Notes: generated by a model from the sequence alone, not told the origin. A stretch of DNA of 64,000 nt from Dehalococcoidia bacterium UBA6926 (GCA_002450835.1 DKAM01000030.1:63688-127687), one strand, 5' to 3'; shown: positions 29,758-41,040, numbered from the stretch's first letter. Numbers and translations: made by a program.

Positions 29758-30315
29758 ATGACATTAAACACCGGAGATCTTCACAAGGGAGTGACCATAG
29801 AAATAGACGGCGTCTTATTCCAATTACTCGACGTGCATCACATAAAAGCTAAGCGGTCAGCGCAGGTCCGAATGAAACTACGTGACGTCAAAAACGGGCA
29901 TACCGTAGAAAAAACAGTCTTTTCTGGAGAAAAATTTGTTAAAGCTGATGTCGAAACAAGAGAAGTACAATATCTATATAACGATGAAGATTTATATTAT
30001 TTCATGGACACTGAATCATTTGATCAGTTCCCGTTGAATAAAGAAAGTATCGAGAATGTTATACCATTCATTACAGATAACATTCTATTAGAACTAGCTT
30101 TCTATGAAAACGATCCTATCGGTGCACAAATGCCTACAACGGTCGTACTGAAAGTAGATGATACCCCGCCCTCACATAAGGGTGATACTGCGACATCTGG
30201 AACAAAGCCCGCAACTCTAGAAACAGGCCTAGTAATCACAGTGCCAAGCTTCATTCAAAAAGATTCTCGAGTTGTGGTTGATACTCGAACTGGGGAATAC
30301 GTGGAGCGTGCTTAA
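29758..30315 (+). CDS. efp: elongation factor P
   Basis: Three-domain EF-P (KGDTATSGTKPATLETGLVITVP). The modification loop reads HIKAKRSAQVR, which is atypical. Confidence 0.9.
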   Translation: MTLNTGDLHKGVTIEIDGVLFQLLDVHHIKAKRSAQVRMKLRDVKNGHTVEKTVFSGEKFVKADVETREVQYLYNDEDLYYFMDTESFDQFPLNKESIENVIPFITDNILLELAFYENDPIGAQMPTTVVLKVDDTPPSHKGDTATSGTKPATLETGLVITVPSFIQKDSRVVVDTRTGEYVERA

Positions 30316-31009
30316 CCAACAAAAAGACGAAGATAATATAGAGCGAATCCGCGCAGATTTTCATATACACAGCAGCTTTTCACCAGATTCAAGATTTAAG
30401 ATCAAAGACCTTATTAAATCTTGCACCAAAAACAATTTAAACCTCATAGCGATAACTGATCATCATACGATTAAAGGTGCGCAAGAAATTCAAGCGGAAG
30501 CACCGTTTCCTGTCATCATTGGCCAAGAAATATTATCATCCGACGGTGAAATAATCGGCTTATTTTTGAATAGAACCATTAAGAAACACATGTCTGCGAA
30601 AGAGACGGTTAAAGCGATAAAAGATCAAGGCGGGTTTGTGCAAATACCCCATCCTTTTGATCGATTCCGGAATAATCACATAAATAAAAAGGCTCTAGTT
30701 GAAATACTAGGTGAGGTAGATATCATTGAGGTTTTTAACGCCCGAACAATTTTAACCAAAGATATTGATCAATCAATACAATTTTATTTAGATAATAAAG
30801 AGAAGTTTAATCTCCATAAGGTAGGTGTTACAGATTCTCATACCAGCTATGAAATTGGAAAAAGTTACACTGAGTTACCAATGTATGACGGCCAAGACCA
30901 TTTCTTGGATTCTCTTAATCACGGCACAGTTATCGGGAAAAAAATGAGTCCTTTTATACACGCTGTTACAAGGTACAACACGTGGGTAAAAAAATTAAAC
31001 TGGGCCTAG
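30272..31009 (+). CDS. PHP-domain metal-dependent phosphoesterase
   Basis: FHIHSSFSPDS, ITDHH and HP motifs. An alternative GTG start at 30308 overlaps the efp stop. Confidence 0.7.
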   Translation: MWLILELGNTWSVLNQQKDEDNIERIRADFHIHSSFSPDSRFKIKDLIKSCTKNNLNLIAITDHHTIKGAQEIQAEAPFPVIIGQEILSSDGEIIGLFLNRTIKKHMSAKETVKAIKDQGGFVQIPHPFDRFRNNHINKKALVEILGEVDIIEVFNARTILTKDIDQSIQFYLDNKEKFNLHKVGVTDSHTSYEIGKSYTELPMYDGQDHFLDSLNHGTVIGKKMSPFIHAVTRYNTWVKKLNWA

Positions 31010-31012
31010 TGG

Positions 31013-32323
31013 TCAAGCGGTTTTTCTGATTGATTCCCAGTCTAATTGATTCCCATTATCATCCACTAACGCAGGTAAGATTTTCTTCTCTGCAACTTCT
31101 TTTGAAATAACGCAGGAATGAGCATCTTCAATACTGGGGATTTCATACATCAAGTCAAGCAATACATCTTCCATTATTGTCCGAAGTGCTCGCGCTCCTG
31201 TATTCTGCTTCAAAGCTTTTTCTACAATCACATCAAGCGCATCATCTGTAAATGAGAGCTTAACTCCATCCATCTCAAACAACGATAAGTACTGTTTGAT
31301 TAAAGCGTTCTTAGGCTCTTTCAAAACCTTAAGCAAATCTTCCTTCCTCAGTGGGTTTAATGCTACAGCTAAAGGCATTCTTCCTACAAATTCTGGTATC
31401 ATTCCATACTCTAATATATCGTCATGGCTTAAATTCATCATAGTACTAGAATCTCCATCTGAATCATGTGTGGTATTAGTAGATAAATTAAAACCAACCA
31501 CATGACGATTCTTAGAAATTCGCTTTTCAACAATTTCATCAATTGCCTCGAAAGCTCCACCACATATAAACAAAATACCCGACGTATCGATCTGAATAAA
31601 TTCTTGCTGAGGATGTTTACGGCCGCCTTGGGGCGGCACGTTTACAATTGCTCCTTCGATAATCTTCAATAAAGCTTGCTGGACTCCTTCTCCCGAAACA
31701 TCCCTAGTAATAGAGGGATTTGACGCTCTTCTTGCAGTCTTATCAATTTCATCAACATAGATAATACCCTTTTCAGCCTTTTTAACGTCATTGCCAGCAG
31801 CCTGAATTAATTTCAACAATATATTTTCAACATCTTCCCCAACATATCCTGCCTCGGTTAGAGATGTAGCATCCACAATAGCAAATGGAACTTCAAGAAT
31901 TCTGGCCAAAGTCTCAGCCAACAAAGTCTTTCCTGATCCTGTTGGACCCACTAACAATATATTAGTTTTCCCTAATTCAACAGATTCTGCCATGTTAGTA
32001 CGCTGAGATTGTACTTTTTTGTAGTGATTGTACACACCGACACTCAAAACACGTTTAGCATGCTCCTGCCCTATTACATACTCCTGCAACCGGTCGTATA
32101 TGAATTTTGGTTTTGGAAGATCTTCTACCTGAATTCCATCAAAGTCTGTCGTAGCTAAATCGTTTAAGCTGGCTCCAGAAATTATTTGGGTACACACAGC
32201 AACACATTCATCGCATATATAGACTTGCTCCGAACCCGCAATAAGGCGTTTCACTTCAGTTTGGGGTTTTGAGCAAAAAGAACACGAATAGGATGACTCA
32301 TCACCACCAGATATGTCGCTCAT
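31013..32323 (-). CDS. clpX: ATP-dependent Clp protease ATP-binding subunit ClpX
   Basis: N-terminal C4 zinc finger (CSFC...CDEC), Walker [20 protein letters not shown] 32323 has a GGAAGAGG RBS. Confidence 0.9.
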   Translation of the reverse strand: MSDISGGDESSYSCSFCSKPQTEVKRLIAGSEQVYICDECVAVCTQIISGASLNDLATTDFDGIQVEDLPKPKFIYDRLQEYVIGQEHAKRVLSVGVYNHYKKVQSQRTNMAESVELGKTNILLVGPTGSGKTLLAETLARILEVPFAIVDATSLTEAGYVGEDVENILLKLIQAAGNDVKKAEKGIIYVDEIDKTARRASNPSITRDVSGEGVQQALLKIIEGAIVNVPPQGGRKHPQQEFIQIDTSGILFICGGAFEAIDEIVEKRISKNRHVVGFNLSTNTTHDSDGDSSTMMNLSHDDILEYGMIPEFVGRMPLAVALNPLRKEDLLKVLKEPKNALIKQYLSLFEMDGVKLSFTDDALDVIVEKALKQNTGARALRTIMEDVLLDLMYEIPSIEDAHSCVISKEVAEKKILPALVDDNGNQLDWESIRKTA

Positions 32324-32373
32324 ACTTGTACCTCTTCCTTGCCTATATGCATGCAAATATGGACCATTCGATT

Positions 32374-32997
32374 TTAGGAGGAATCGCCCGCAGACTCTTC
32401 CTTGCTTAACACCTGGTCAATAAGCCCATAGTCCATAGCTTGGTCAGAAGTAAGGTAGTAGTCTCTATCAGTATCTCTAGCTATTTTATCAATTGGTTGT
32501 CCGGTGTGTGTGGAAAGTATACCTCGAATTATCTCCTGAATTCTGAGTATTTCTCTTGCAGCAATCTCAATATCAGAAGCCTGCCCTTGGGCGCCTCCCA
32601 ACGGTTGGTGCATGTGAATCGTAGAACTCGGAAGAGCATAGCGCTTTCCTTCTGCTCCAGCACAAAGAAGTATGGTCCCCATACTTGCAGCCATGCCAAC
32701 ACAAATAGTAGAAACATCTGCCCTAATCAATTGCATAGTATCGTATATTGCTAAACCAGACGTTATGACGCCCCCCGGGCTATTAATATATAATGAGATG
32801 TCTTTATCTGGATCTTCTCTATCTAAATACAATAGCTGAGCGACAATTAGATTAGCTACTTGATCATTAATCTGGGTTCCCAAAAAAATGATCCTCTCCT
32901 TTAACAGAAGAGAGTATATATCAAAAGAGCGCTCACCTCTTGCTCCTGACTCGATTACCATAGGTATAATATTTTGTGGGTCATTGATCAACGCCAT
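32374..32997 (-). CDS. clpP: ATP-dependent Clp protease proteolytic subunit ClpP
   Basis: Catalytic Ser (GMAASMG), His (HQP) and Asp in the expected context. tig-clpP-clpX order. Confidence 0.9.
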   Translation of the reverse strand: MALINDPQNIIPMVIESGARGERSFDIYSLLLKERIIFLGTQINDQVANLIVAQLLYLDREDPDKDISLYINSPGGVITSGLAIYDTMQLIRADVSTICVGMAASMGTILLCAGAEGKRYALPSSTIHMHQPLGGAQGQASDIEIAAREILRIQEIIRGILSTHTGQPIDKIARDTDRDYYLTSDQAMDYGLIDQVLSKEESAGDSS

Positions 32998-33034
32998 CTC
33001 ATAATCTCCTTAGATATACTAAATTATTAATCGC

Positions 33035-34459
33035 TTACTTTTTTTGTACTTTTTTTCTAGGCTTAGTTTTTGTTCCTGTTGATTTACTTGCCTTAGTAGT
33101 AGTTTTTTTCTTGGCGGGGGATTTCCTTTTCTTTTTAACTGGTTGAGTTGCAATATCACTCAAAAAATCAACCGTCTGGCGAGCGGTTAATCTTCTGTTA
33201 ATCGTATCCCTAGCAGCCGGATTGGTAAATAATGCTACAGCTTGTTCTCTTTGATCACCCTCCGGCTGTTCCTCAATAAATCGATCGATTTCATCTTGAA
33301 TTTCTTCCTCAGAGGGAGTAATTTTAGCTACCTCAGCTAACTCTGAAACCAATAGTGACTGCTTAATCCTTTTCTCCGCCTGTGGTTTCATCGATTCTCG
33401 TATACTATCAGGATCCTGGCCACTACTTTCTAAATATGCTTCCAATGACATCCCCATACCACGCAACTGTTGATCTTGATCCTGTATCATGTGATCTATC
33501 TCAGCATCAAGCATCAGCGGCGGGAAATTCAAGGTCGCTTTCTCTTCAAGTAATGTCAATATTTGTTCTTCATATTGAGCATCTGAATCTTGTTTTGCCC
33601 GTTCTTCAATATCGCCTCTAATCTTATTTTTTAAATCATCAAGGCTCTCATAGGATTCGTTCTCGCTAAGCTCTACCGACTTAGCCCATTCGTCGTTAAT
33701 TTCCGGTTTAACCTGATCTTTGACTTCATGAACCGTCACGACAAATTTAGCTTCTTTCCCTTTCAGTTCTTCCATCGAAAAATCGTCGGGGACTTGGATA
33801 GAAAACTCCCTAGTATCGCCTTGAATTGCTCCTACAAGGTTATCTGCAAAGCCTGGTACAGGATAAGTTACCTCGTTATTAATCAAATAACTTATTGATT
33901 TTTCTGCCATAAACGCAGAATCAGAAACTTCTCCATTATCTTTGATAACATAACCGTCAATATCTACAGTAGAAAGATCTCCTAATTTCAACCCTCTATC
34001 TACAGGTTCCCACGGTGTCCTTTGCATAACAATATTTTCTATGACCTCTTCAACCTGGCTCTCATCTACTTCGATTTTCTCTTTTGGTAACCGTATCGAA
34101 TCATAGTCACCTAGGTTTACCTCCGGCTTGAGAGGAATCACAGCGGTAAAGGTAATAGGATCCAATGAGTCGATATCAGTTATTTTGGGTGGAGCCACTG
34201 GTTCCAATTTTTCCTCTTGAACCGCATCTACCGTCATATCATCTAAGAATTGATCAAGACCTTCTTGCACTAAAGTTTCTGAACCTATAAATCTTTCTAG
34301 AATAGATCGAGGCGTTTTACCTTTCCGGAAACCCGGAACATTGTAGAGCCCCACTAATTTTTTATATGAGCGCTCTTTATGCTTCTCAATTTCCTCTGGC
34401 TCTAATTCAATTACCAGTTGAACCTGTCGATTCTGTAGATCTTCTGAGGTGATCTTCAA
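33035..34459 (-). CDS. tig: trigger factor with a lysine-rich C-terminal tail
   Basis: Ribosome-binding GFRKGK motif, PPIase and C-terminal domains. The last ~40 aa are KKKRKSPAKKKTTTKASKSTGTKTKPRKKVQKK. Confidence 0.9.
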   Translation of the reverse strand: MKITSEDLQNRQVQLVIELEPEEIEKHKERSYKKLVGLYNVPGFRKGKTPRSILERFIGSETLVQEGLDQFLDDMTVDAVQEEKLEPVAPPKITDIDSLDPITFTAVIPLKPEVNLGDYDSIRLPKEKIEVDESQVEEVIENIVMQRTPWEPVDRGLKLGDLSTVDIDGYVIKDNGEVSDSAFMAEKSISYLINNEVTYPVPGFADNLVGAIQGDTREFSIQVPDDFSMEELKGKEAKFVVTVHEVKDQVKPEINDEWAKSVELSENESYESLDDLKNKIRGDIEERAKQDSDAQYEEQILTLLEEKATLNFPPLMLDAEIDHMIQDQDQQLRGMGMSLEAYLESSGQDPDSIRESMKPQAEKRIKQSLLVSELAEVAKITPSEEEIQDEIDRFIEEQPEGDQREQAVALFTNPAARDTINRRLTARQTVDFLSDIATQPVKKKRKSPAKKKTTTKASKSTGTKTKPRKKVQKK

Positions 34460-34533
34460 CGTTTAATACTCCTAAAAACAATCCGTGAAATTACTGAACC
34501 TATTATACACAGCGAGGAACAATTTATTACCTG

Positions 34534-36339
34534 TTATTCCTCAACAATGTCATTAATACTAAGCCCAATATCCTGTAATTGCTGCACATCAACCAGGGAC
34601 GGTGCCTTGGTCAATAGATCTTGGGATGTCTGAGTTTTTGGAAAAGGAATCACTTCTCGTATGTTAGGTTCACCAGCAAGAACAGCAACAAGTCTATCTA
34701 TCCCAGCTGCAATACCTCCATGAGGGGGTGCTCCGTAACTCAAAGCATTCAAAAGATGGCCAAACCTACCCTCCATTTCCTCCTGAGAATACCCGATAAA
34801 TCTTAATAGATTTTCTTGTAACTCTCTTTCATGAATTCTTATCGAACCTGAAGCTATCTCATATCCATTTAAAACACAGTCGTACGCCCGAGATCTCATA
34901 TCTCCAGGCGACTCATCTAATAAGTGCATCTCCTCCAATTTAGGGGAAGTGAAAGGATGATGGGTAGACTCCCATTGTTCCCGCTCTTTACTCCATTGAA
35001 ACAGAGGAAATTCCGTTATGAACGCAAAGTTAAGTTTGTTAGGGTCTTTCATTTCTAATTTATCCCCAAGAAAATTCCTTAATTCACCTAGGGATTCATC
35101 CACAATACTTCTTTCACCTGCAACTATTAACAGCATATCACCAACACTAGCCTCCACTTTCGCTGCGATATCCTTTACCAGACCAACTGTTAAATATTTC
35201 GAAAGGGGTGACTTTATATCATCCATCTTTACATCAGACAACGAAGTTTGAGCATCACCCTCTATGGCTACGGTTAGTAGCCCTTTTGCACCTCGCGAAC
35301 GTACAACTTCAGTTAACTCGGTAATCTCACGTCGAGAGAATTTAGAACCACCAGGTGCAACTATCGCTTTAATTATTCCATTTTCATCTATAACCGACTG
35401 AAATACATCCATTTGGCTCAGGCCGTTTATATTGGTAATGTCCGTCAGTTCCATCGAAAATCGTAAATCAGGCTTATCAGATCCAAAGCGATCCATCGAT
35501 TCTTCATAGGTCATAATAGGAAAAGGGCCAGCTAACTCCAACTCAGGGGTAATTTCCGAAACTAAATTTGTAAACAATTCTTCAACGAGTTCAAAAATGT
35601 CGGCTTCTTCTACAAAACTTATCTCCAAATCTAATTGGGTGAATTCAGGTTGCCGATCAGCTCTTAAATCTTCGTCTCTGAAACATCGGGCGATCTGGAA
35701 ATATTTTTCAATTCCTCCAATCATTAATAGCTGCTTGAGCTGTTGGGGTGACTGAGGCAAAGCAAAAAAATGACCTGGGTATACTCTAGAAGGCACCAAG
35801 TAATCTCTAGCCCCTTCCGGGGTACTTTTCATCAAAATTGGTGTTTCAATCTCAAGAAAATTTTGGTCATCGAGAAAATCTCTTATGAATTTGACAACAT
35901 TATGCCTCAACAAAATATTTGAATACATTCGATCTCTTCGTAAATCAAGATAGCGATATTCAAGCCTCAGAGATTCATCTACATCCGATTCTTCATTTAT
36001 ATAAAACGGAGGATTAAGGCTCTTGTTTAATACTTCAAGTTTGTGGGCGTGTATCTCGATTTCACCACTGCTTATATTCGGATTATTTGTACCGTCGGGT
36101 CGACTAGAGACACTGCCTTCTATTTTAACTACCCATTCACTACGTAACTCTTCGGCTACGCTATAAATGGCTTCGTTCTTATCTGGATCAAAAGTCACTT
36201 GAACAATTCCCGACCGATCCCGGAGATCCAAAAAAATTAGTCCTCCGTGGTCCCTCCTCCTATTAACCCAACCAGCGAGCGTCACTTCCTCGCCAACACT
36301 AGCACTATCCAACTCACCGCAATTATGGGTCTTCAACAT
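34534..36339 (-). CDS. aspS: aspartate--tRNA ligase
   Basis: OB fold (AGWVNRRRDHGGLIFLDLRDRSG), class II motifs 1-3, GAD insertion domain. Confidence 0.9.
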   Translation of the reverse strand: MLKTHNCGELDSASVGEEVTLAGWVNRRRDHGGLIFLDLRDRSGIVQVTFDPDKNEAIYSVAEELRSEWVVKIEGSVSSRPDGTNNPNISSGEIEIHAHKLEVLNKSLNPPFYINEESDVDESLRLEYRYLDLRRDRMYSNILLRHNVVKFIRDFLDDQNFLEIETPILMKSTPEGARDYLVPSRVYPGHFFALPQSPQQLKQLLMIGGIEKYFQIARCFRDEDLRADRQPEFTQLDLEISFVEEADIFELVEELFTNLVSEITPELELAGPFPIMTYEESMDRFGSDKPDLRFSMELTDITNINGLSQMDVFQSVIDENGIIKAIVAPGGSKFSRREITELTEVVRSRGAKGLLTVAIEGDAQTSLSDVKMDDIKSPLSKYLTVGLVKDIAAKVEASVGDMLLIVAGERSIVDESLGELRNFLGDKLEMKDPNKLNFAFITEFPLFQWSKEREQWESTHHPFTSPKLEEMHLLDESPGDMRSRAYDCVLNGYEIASGSIRIHERELQENLLRFIGYSQEEMEGRFGHLLNALSYGAPPHGGIAAGIDRLVAVLAGEPNIREVIPFPKTQTSQDLLTKAPSLVDVQQLQDIGLSINDIVEE

Positions 36340-36489
36340 ACACTACATTCCTAACACGTTTATGTTCTCACAATTAGATATATCAGATCATAGCACGGCA
36401 ACTAGTAAATTTGGATCAAGTTCTTGAAACGTCGCTCAAAATCCTATTATGGTTTAACATTAAAACAGTGCTAAGGAGGTGAGCTCGGT

Positions 36490-37593
36490 TTGGAAAATAA
36501 AGCTATATTAGGAATAGGACTCTCAATACTAGAACAACTAGGGAAAGAGGCTGCTGCACCATATTATGAAAAAAATGTTTCCTTACTAATAAAACAGATT
36601 CTAGATAAGCACAATATTGCATATACAGAAGATACCTATGGAAATATAATTGCCTCTTATCAGAACCTGAACAAAGAACACTCCATACCAAAAGTGGCTT
36701 TCGTATCGCATATGGATCATCCAGGTATTGAAATATTATCAGTTGAAAATTCTAAAATAATAGGCAAAATGATCGGCAGAACTTCGGACTCCATATTCAC
36801 GGAAAAAATACCGTTAATCATACACGATTCCCTAGGCCAAAAAATTATAGCTGAATCTACAGGAGAACAGACGGATTCAAAAGACGAAATATTCATAACA
36901 ACTCTGGAAGAAAAGCTCCCTACTCTTCCAGCTTTCGCAGTTTTTGATCTTCCTGAATTTCTTCTGGAAGATCAAAAAATACTAATGAGAGCATGTGACG
37001 ACCTTGTAGGCTGTGCTGCATCTCTCGCTGTGTTAGAGTACCTAGCTAAAGAGAATAAACCGGGGAATATACAGGCTATTTTTACAAGAGCAGAAGAAGC
37101 TGGATTAGTAGGTGCAAGGCTGATGGCCAATGACCAATTCTTAACACAAGAAACAATAATCATCTCAATAGAAACATCGAAAGCTATACCGGGGGGAGAG
37201 CTGGGGAAAGGCCCAATAATAAGAGCCGGAGATGCTCTAACCACTTTTTCACAAAAGGCAGAAGCATTGCTGAATTTTGCTAAAGCAAATCTACTACGAC
37301 AAGACAAAACCATTAATATCCAACGACAACTAATGGATGGTGGGGTGTGCGAGGCTACTGCTTTCATTTTAAATGGTTATGAAGCCACAGGCATAGCTTT
37401 CCCTCTTGCGCACTATCACAACGGGCTCGGCGAACCATCAATACAAGCCGAATTCATCGATGTTAATGATTTTAATGGAGGATTACAATTGCTTCTCGAA
37501 ACAACCTCCGTCGATGCTGATCAGGATCCACCCTTTGCCTCCAGAATTAAATCTTATCCGGTAGAACAAGCTGAGAAATTAAAACATCCATAG
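36490..37593 (+). CDS. M42-family (FrvX/CelM-like) metallo-aminopeptidase
   Basis: HMDHPG, DDLVGC and EEAGLVGA segments match M42 metal-binding motifs. Assignment is by motif only. Confidence 0.6.
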   Translation: MENKAILGIGLSILEQLGKEAAAPYYEKNVSLLIKQILDKHNIAYTEDTYGNIIASYQNLNKEHSIPKVAFVSHMDHPGIEILSVENSKIIGKMIGRTSDSIFTEKIPLIIHDSLGQKIIAESTGEQTDSKDEIFITTLEEKLPTLPAFAVFDLPEFLLEDQKILMRACDDLVGCAASLAVLEYLAKENKPGNIQAIFTRAEEAGLVGARLMANDQFLTQETIIISIETSKAIPGGELGKGPIIRAGDALTTFSQKAEALLNFAKANLLRQDKTINIQRQLMDGGVCEATAFILNGYEATGIAFPLAHYHNGLGEPSIQAEFIDVNDFNGGLQLLLETTSVDADQDPPFASRIKSYPVEQAEKLKHP

Positions 37594-37597
37594 ATCA

Positions 37598-38461
37598 TCA
37601 AATACTCACACCCAAACTGTCTCTGATTTTCTTCAGACGAAGGACATTCTCTAAATCAGGACCTGTTCTTCCTTTTATACCGGGTACCTCTAAGAAAAAG
37701 GGCACATTTTCAAAAGATTTATTACCAATAATCGCTTCCCAACCATCCAAACCAATAAATCCGTCGCCAATATTCTCGTGGCGATCCAAGTTGCTGCCTA
37801 AATCACTCTTCGCATCGTTAGCATGTACAGCTACTAACCGCTCAGCACCAACTTTTTCGTCGAATTGCATCATGACCTTACTTAAGGAATCTTTTTCTCT
37901 TATATCATAACCTGAAGCAAGCAAATGGCATGTATCCAAACAAACTCGTAATCGATCGTCTCCCACAGCCCCAATAATTTCTCCCAATTCATCGAAATTA
38001 GAACCTATCTGATTCCCATGCCCAGCATTATTCTCTATACAGAGCGATACCCCATCGCTCGGCGATCCATCTAATATTTTATTAAAACTATCTATAATCT
38101 GGGGAAATACAGCTTCTAATCCTGCTCCCTTGTGGCTACCAATGTGAAAAATGACTCCTTGGGCACCAAGTTTTTCTGCAAAATTCATATAGTAAATTAG
38201 CGAGTCTATACTTTTGTCCAAATTAACTGCGTTGTCAGTAGCTAAATTAATCAAATAAATTCCATGGAAAAAAACAGGCCCTATATTAGTATTCTCTCTC
38301 TTTGACCTAAACGATATGATTGATTCTTCAGTGTGTTTAGTTTTTGCCCAACCTTGAGGCGGTGTTACAAATAACTGTATAGCTTCAGCCTGGATGTCTT
38401 CTGCTCTACCAATTGACTTATCAATCCCACCAGAGGAAGAAACGTGAGCCCCTATTTTCAT
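37598..38461 (-). CDS. nfo: endonuclease IV (deoxyribonuclease IV)
   Basis: TIM-barrel AP endonuclease motifs (IGAHVS, FHGIYLINLAT, CLDTCHLLASGYD, VAVHANDA). Confidence 0.85.
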   Translation of the reverse strand: MKIGAHVSSSGGIDKSIGRAEDIQAEAIQLFVTPPQGWAKTKHTEESIISFRSKRENTNIGPVFFHGIYLINLATDNAVNLDKSIDSLIYYMNFAEKLGAQGVIFHIGSHKGAGLEAVFPQIIDSFNKILDGSPSDGVSLCIENNAGHGNQIGSNFDELGEIIGAVGDDRLRVCLDTCHLLASGYDIREKDSLSKVMMQFDEKVGAERLVAVHANDAKSDLGSNLDRHENIGDGFIGLDGWEAIIGNKSFENVPFFLEVPGIKGRTGPDLENVLRLKKIRDSLGVSI

Positions 38462-38606
38462 TATTTATCCCGCCTGTTTTTTTGTTAGAACAATACTAAA
38501 TATAACAAAAGTGAATTAATAATCTAGTAACTAAAGAGAAATATTAAAGTATAATTAAAAACAAATAATTTCTATTATGACAAATGTGAAAGGTAACTCG
38601 CTTTAA

Positions 38607-39608
38607 ATGAATCCCCTAAAGAAACCTCAATTTCTTCTTAGGGTTATTTTTGGATTTGTGGTTGGTGTCATCTTCCTATTCTTTACAACCAGAGATATAA
38701 ATCTGAATATATTTATCAATAGCATTGCTGATCTATCGTTCAATTTCATTCTACCATCAATCGGGTTCGTGGTACTTAGCTTGTTTACTAGTGCCTATCG
38801 ATGGAAAACACTTTTCACTGAACACCCACCTTCCATATTGAGGCTTTTTGTTGTGGAAAATACAGGAGTAGGTATAAATAGTCTAGCTCCCATCCGTATA
38901 TTGGCAGAGCCAATACAATTTGCATATCTAACGGTAAGAGATGGGTACAAGCAATCGCAGGTATTAGCATCACTTATATTAGTTAGAATGGTTGACCTTG
39001 CAATAACATTAATCACAATCGTTTTCGGCTTACTGCTATCCCCTCCTCCACATGAACTCAAAGATTTTATCTGGACGACTTCATTAATTTTAGCTTTGTT
39101 CTTAATGGTCATCACTTATATTTCATTAACGATTAACCGATGGGAGTATTTCAAGAAATATCCTTTAATAATTGAATACGGTACTGTGTGGAGAGATTTA
39201 TTTAGACAAGCGTCTCGGCTATTTAAGGTACTGCTTATAACAAATATCAAATGGCTTTTATTAGGAGTAAGTGGTTGGTTAATCGCCAAAGATCTAGGGT
39301 TGGCAATTCATTATTGGCAGCTTTACGTCATTATTTTGATAATCACAACTATAGCTTCTATCGTTCCGGGCCTGCCGTCTGGCCTCGGCCCTTTTGAATT
39401 TGCGTCAATCGTTTTTCTAGGATTACATGGAATCGAGCGCGAGTCTGCTTTGGTATTTGCCTTAGCGGCTCACTTAATCTATTTCCTGCCACCCATCATC
39501 ATTGCAGGCATTAACATTGCCATATCAGGTAGCCCATTTCCTATTTGGGATCGATTAACAAAGTTTAGCTTTTTAGACAGAGTCTTTAATACCACCAAAC
39601 GTAACTGA
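38607..39608 (+). CDS. flippase-like domain protein (UPF0104/LPG-synthase TM-region family)
   Basis: Eight predicted TM helices with UPF0104-like topology and a conserved YRW segment. Tentative. Confidence 0.55.
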   Translation: MNPLKKPQFLLRVIFGFVVGVIFLFFTTRDINLNIFINSIADLSFNFILPSIGFVVLSLFTSAYRWKTLFTEHPPSILRLFVVENTGVGINSLAPIRILAEPIQFAYLTVRDGYKQSQVLASLILVRMVDLAITLITIVFGLLLSPPPHELKDFIWTTSLILALFLMVITYISLTINRWEYFKKYPLIIEYGTVWRDLFRQASRLFKVLLITNIKWLLLGVSGWLIAKDLGLAIHYWQLYVIILIITTIASIVPGLPSGLGPFEFASIVFLGLHGIERESALVFALAAHLIYFLPPIIIAGINIAISGSPFPIWDRLTKFSFLDRVFNTTKRN

Positions 39609-39765
39609 TCTCATTTCAATACCAAGCGTTATTCGAAAATTGAAGATTAAAGCAAATTTGGTTACGATGCACTATATAAATTACCGTAAGAGCTTATATA
39701 AAATGACGGTCTATCTATTAAGTACTGTTGTTTTCGAAAATATTTAGAGTTGAAAGGATTTCCAA

Positions 39766-41025
39766 ATGCTTAACTCCGGGTGGGCAAAATTTGGATTGGC
39801 TAATATAGCTCTAGCTAGCGGTTTATATGTGGTGAAAAGCAGTTGGGACTTCGCCGCTTATATATTCGACGTATTAATAATTATATTTATGGCCTGGATC
39901 GTATCATTAGCAATGAGGCGCCTTGTTTCTAGAATAAGGGCCCTTCTTCCAGCAATCGACCAAAGATTAAATATTATAGGTGCTCAAATAGACCCTATGT
40001 TTTCCTCAATAATTGAAAAAATAACAAGAATTTCTGATGAAAATACTAAGTCGCTCATATTAAACAGAATTAATTTATTGAAGAACGAAAGAATCTTTCA
40101 AAGATTATTGTGGGCGGCTATACCGATATCATATCTATTAGTTTTACTACCGGTTGTTGTCATATTCGTAATAATTGTTCCCATCACCTTAGAACAAGCA
40201 GTCGCGTTATCTAAAGATCTTCCTAATTTTGCAGAAACTTTATCAGGAACCATCAATAGGGGAGAAGATTTGGCAGCTTCTTTGGGTTTGACAAGTACTG
40301 AAGCCTCGAGCAGCGATAATGCTACACTTTTAAGAGCCGGAGAAGTAATTGGTAACTGGATGGAAGCAAACGCACTCGACGCCTTAAAAGGCGCCACTAG
40401 CATATTAATAAGATCAGCTCTGATTATGGCCTTATCAGTTTATATGGTAATCGAGGGAAGCCTAATAATGAGCACAGTTTACAAGTTAATACCAGAAAGT
40501 TATCACCAAAATATTAGTGCAAGCCTAAATCATTTAGATAGAATTTTCTTCGGCTACTTAAAAGGGATTTTTACGATAATGTCTTTATATAGCATAATGA
40601 TTGCGTCAATCATGATGATCGCAGGACTCCCATTCGCCCTGCCGATTGGTATATTATCTGGCCTGATACAATTAGTCCCTGTTGTAGGAGAAGTTGTTGC
40701 CCTCGGGATGCCAATCCTAGTAAGTTTCTTGACAGGTACCCTTTCAACAACGGCCTTTGTAGGCATTACCCTCATTGGCTGGAGCCTTCTGATGAACAAC
40801 GTTGTGCTGCCAAGAATTATGGGTAATGCTCTTCAGATGCCTGGCTTATTTGTCCTATTGGCCGTCCTACTAGGAACTAGGCTTGCAGGTCCATGGGGTG
40901 CAGTTCTGGGTGTTCCGATAGCAGGTTTTATATATGCGATAGTCCTAGCTTGGGTCAATCCAGGAGACGACACAATGTCAGGCAACCAGTATCGGCTTAC
41001 CGTCCGAAAAGAAGAAGAAACTTAG
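39766..41025 (+). CDS. AI-2E family transporter (UPF0118/PerM-like)
   Basis: Multi-TM protein with the characteristic C-terminal LLMNNVVLPRIMG...GLFVLLAVLLGTRLAGPWGAVLGVP segment. Confidence 0.75.
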   Translation: MLNSGWAKFGLANIALASGLYVVKSSWDFAAYIFDVLIIIFMAWIVSLAMRRLVSRIRALLPAIDQRLNIIGAQIDPMFSSIIEKITRISDENTKSLILNRINLLKNERIFQRLLWAAIPISYLLVLLPVVVIFVIIVPITLEQAVALSKDLPNFAETLSGTINRGEDLAASLGLTSTEASSSDNATLLRAGEVIGNWMEANALDALKGATSILIRSALIMALSVYMVIEGSLIMSTVYKLIPESYHQNISASLNHLDRIFFGYLKGIFTIMSLYSIMIASIMMIAGLPFALPIGILSGLIQLVPVVGEVVALGMPILVSFLTGTLSTTAFVGITLIGWSLLMNNVVLPRIMGNALQMPGLFVLLAVLLGTRLAGPWGAVLGVPIAGFIYAIVLAWVNPGDDTMSGNQYRLTVRKEEET

Positions 41026-41040
41026 AACGCCCCCAGCGTC

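Noticed and set aside
30272-30315. Possible programmed frameshift or fusion between efp and the PHP-domain gene (44-nt overlap)
   Set aside because: The overlap is an artefact of the longest-ORF call. A GTG at 30308 gives a conventional 8-nt overlap with the efp stop, and the two proteins are unrelated families.
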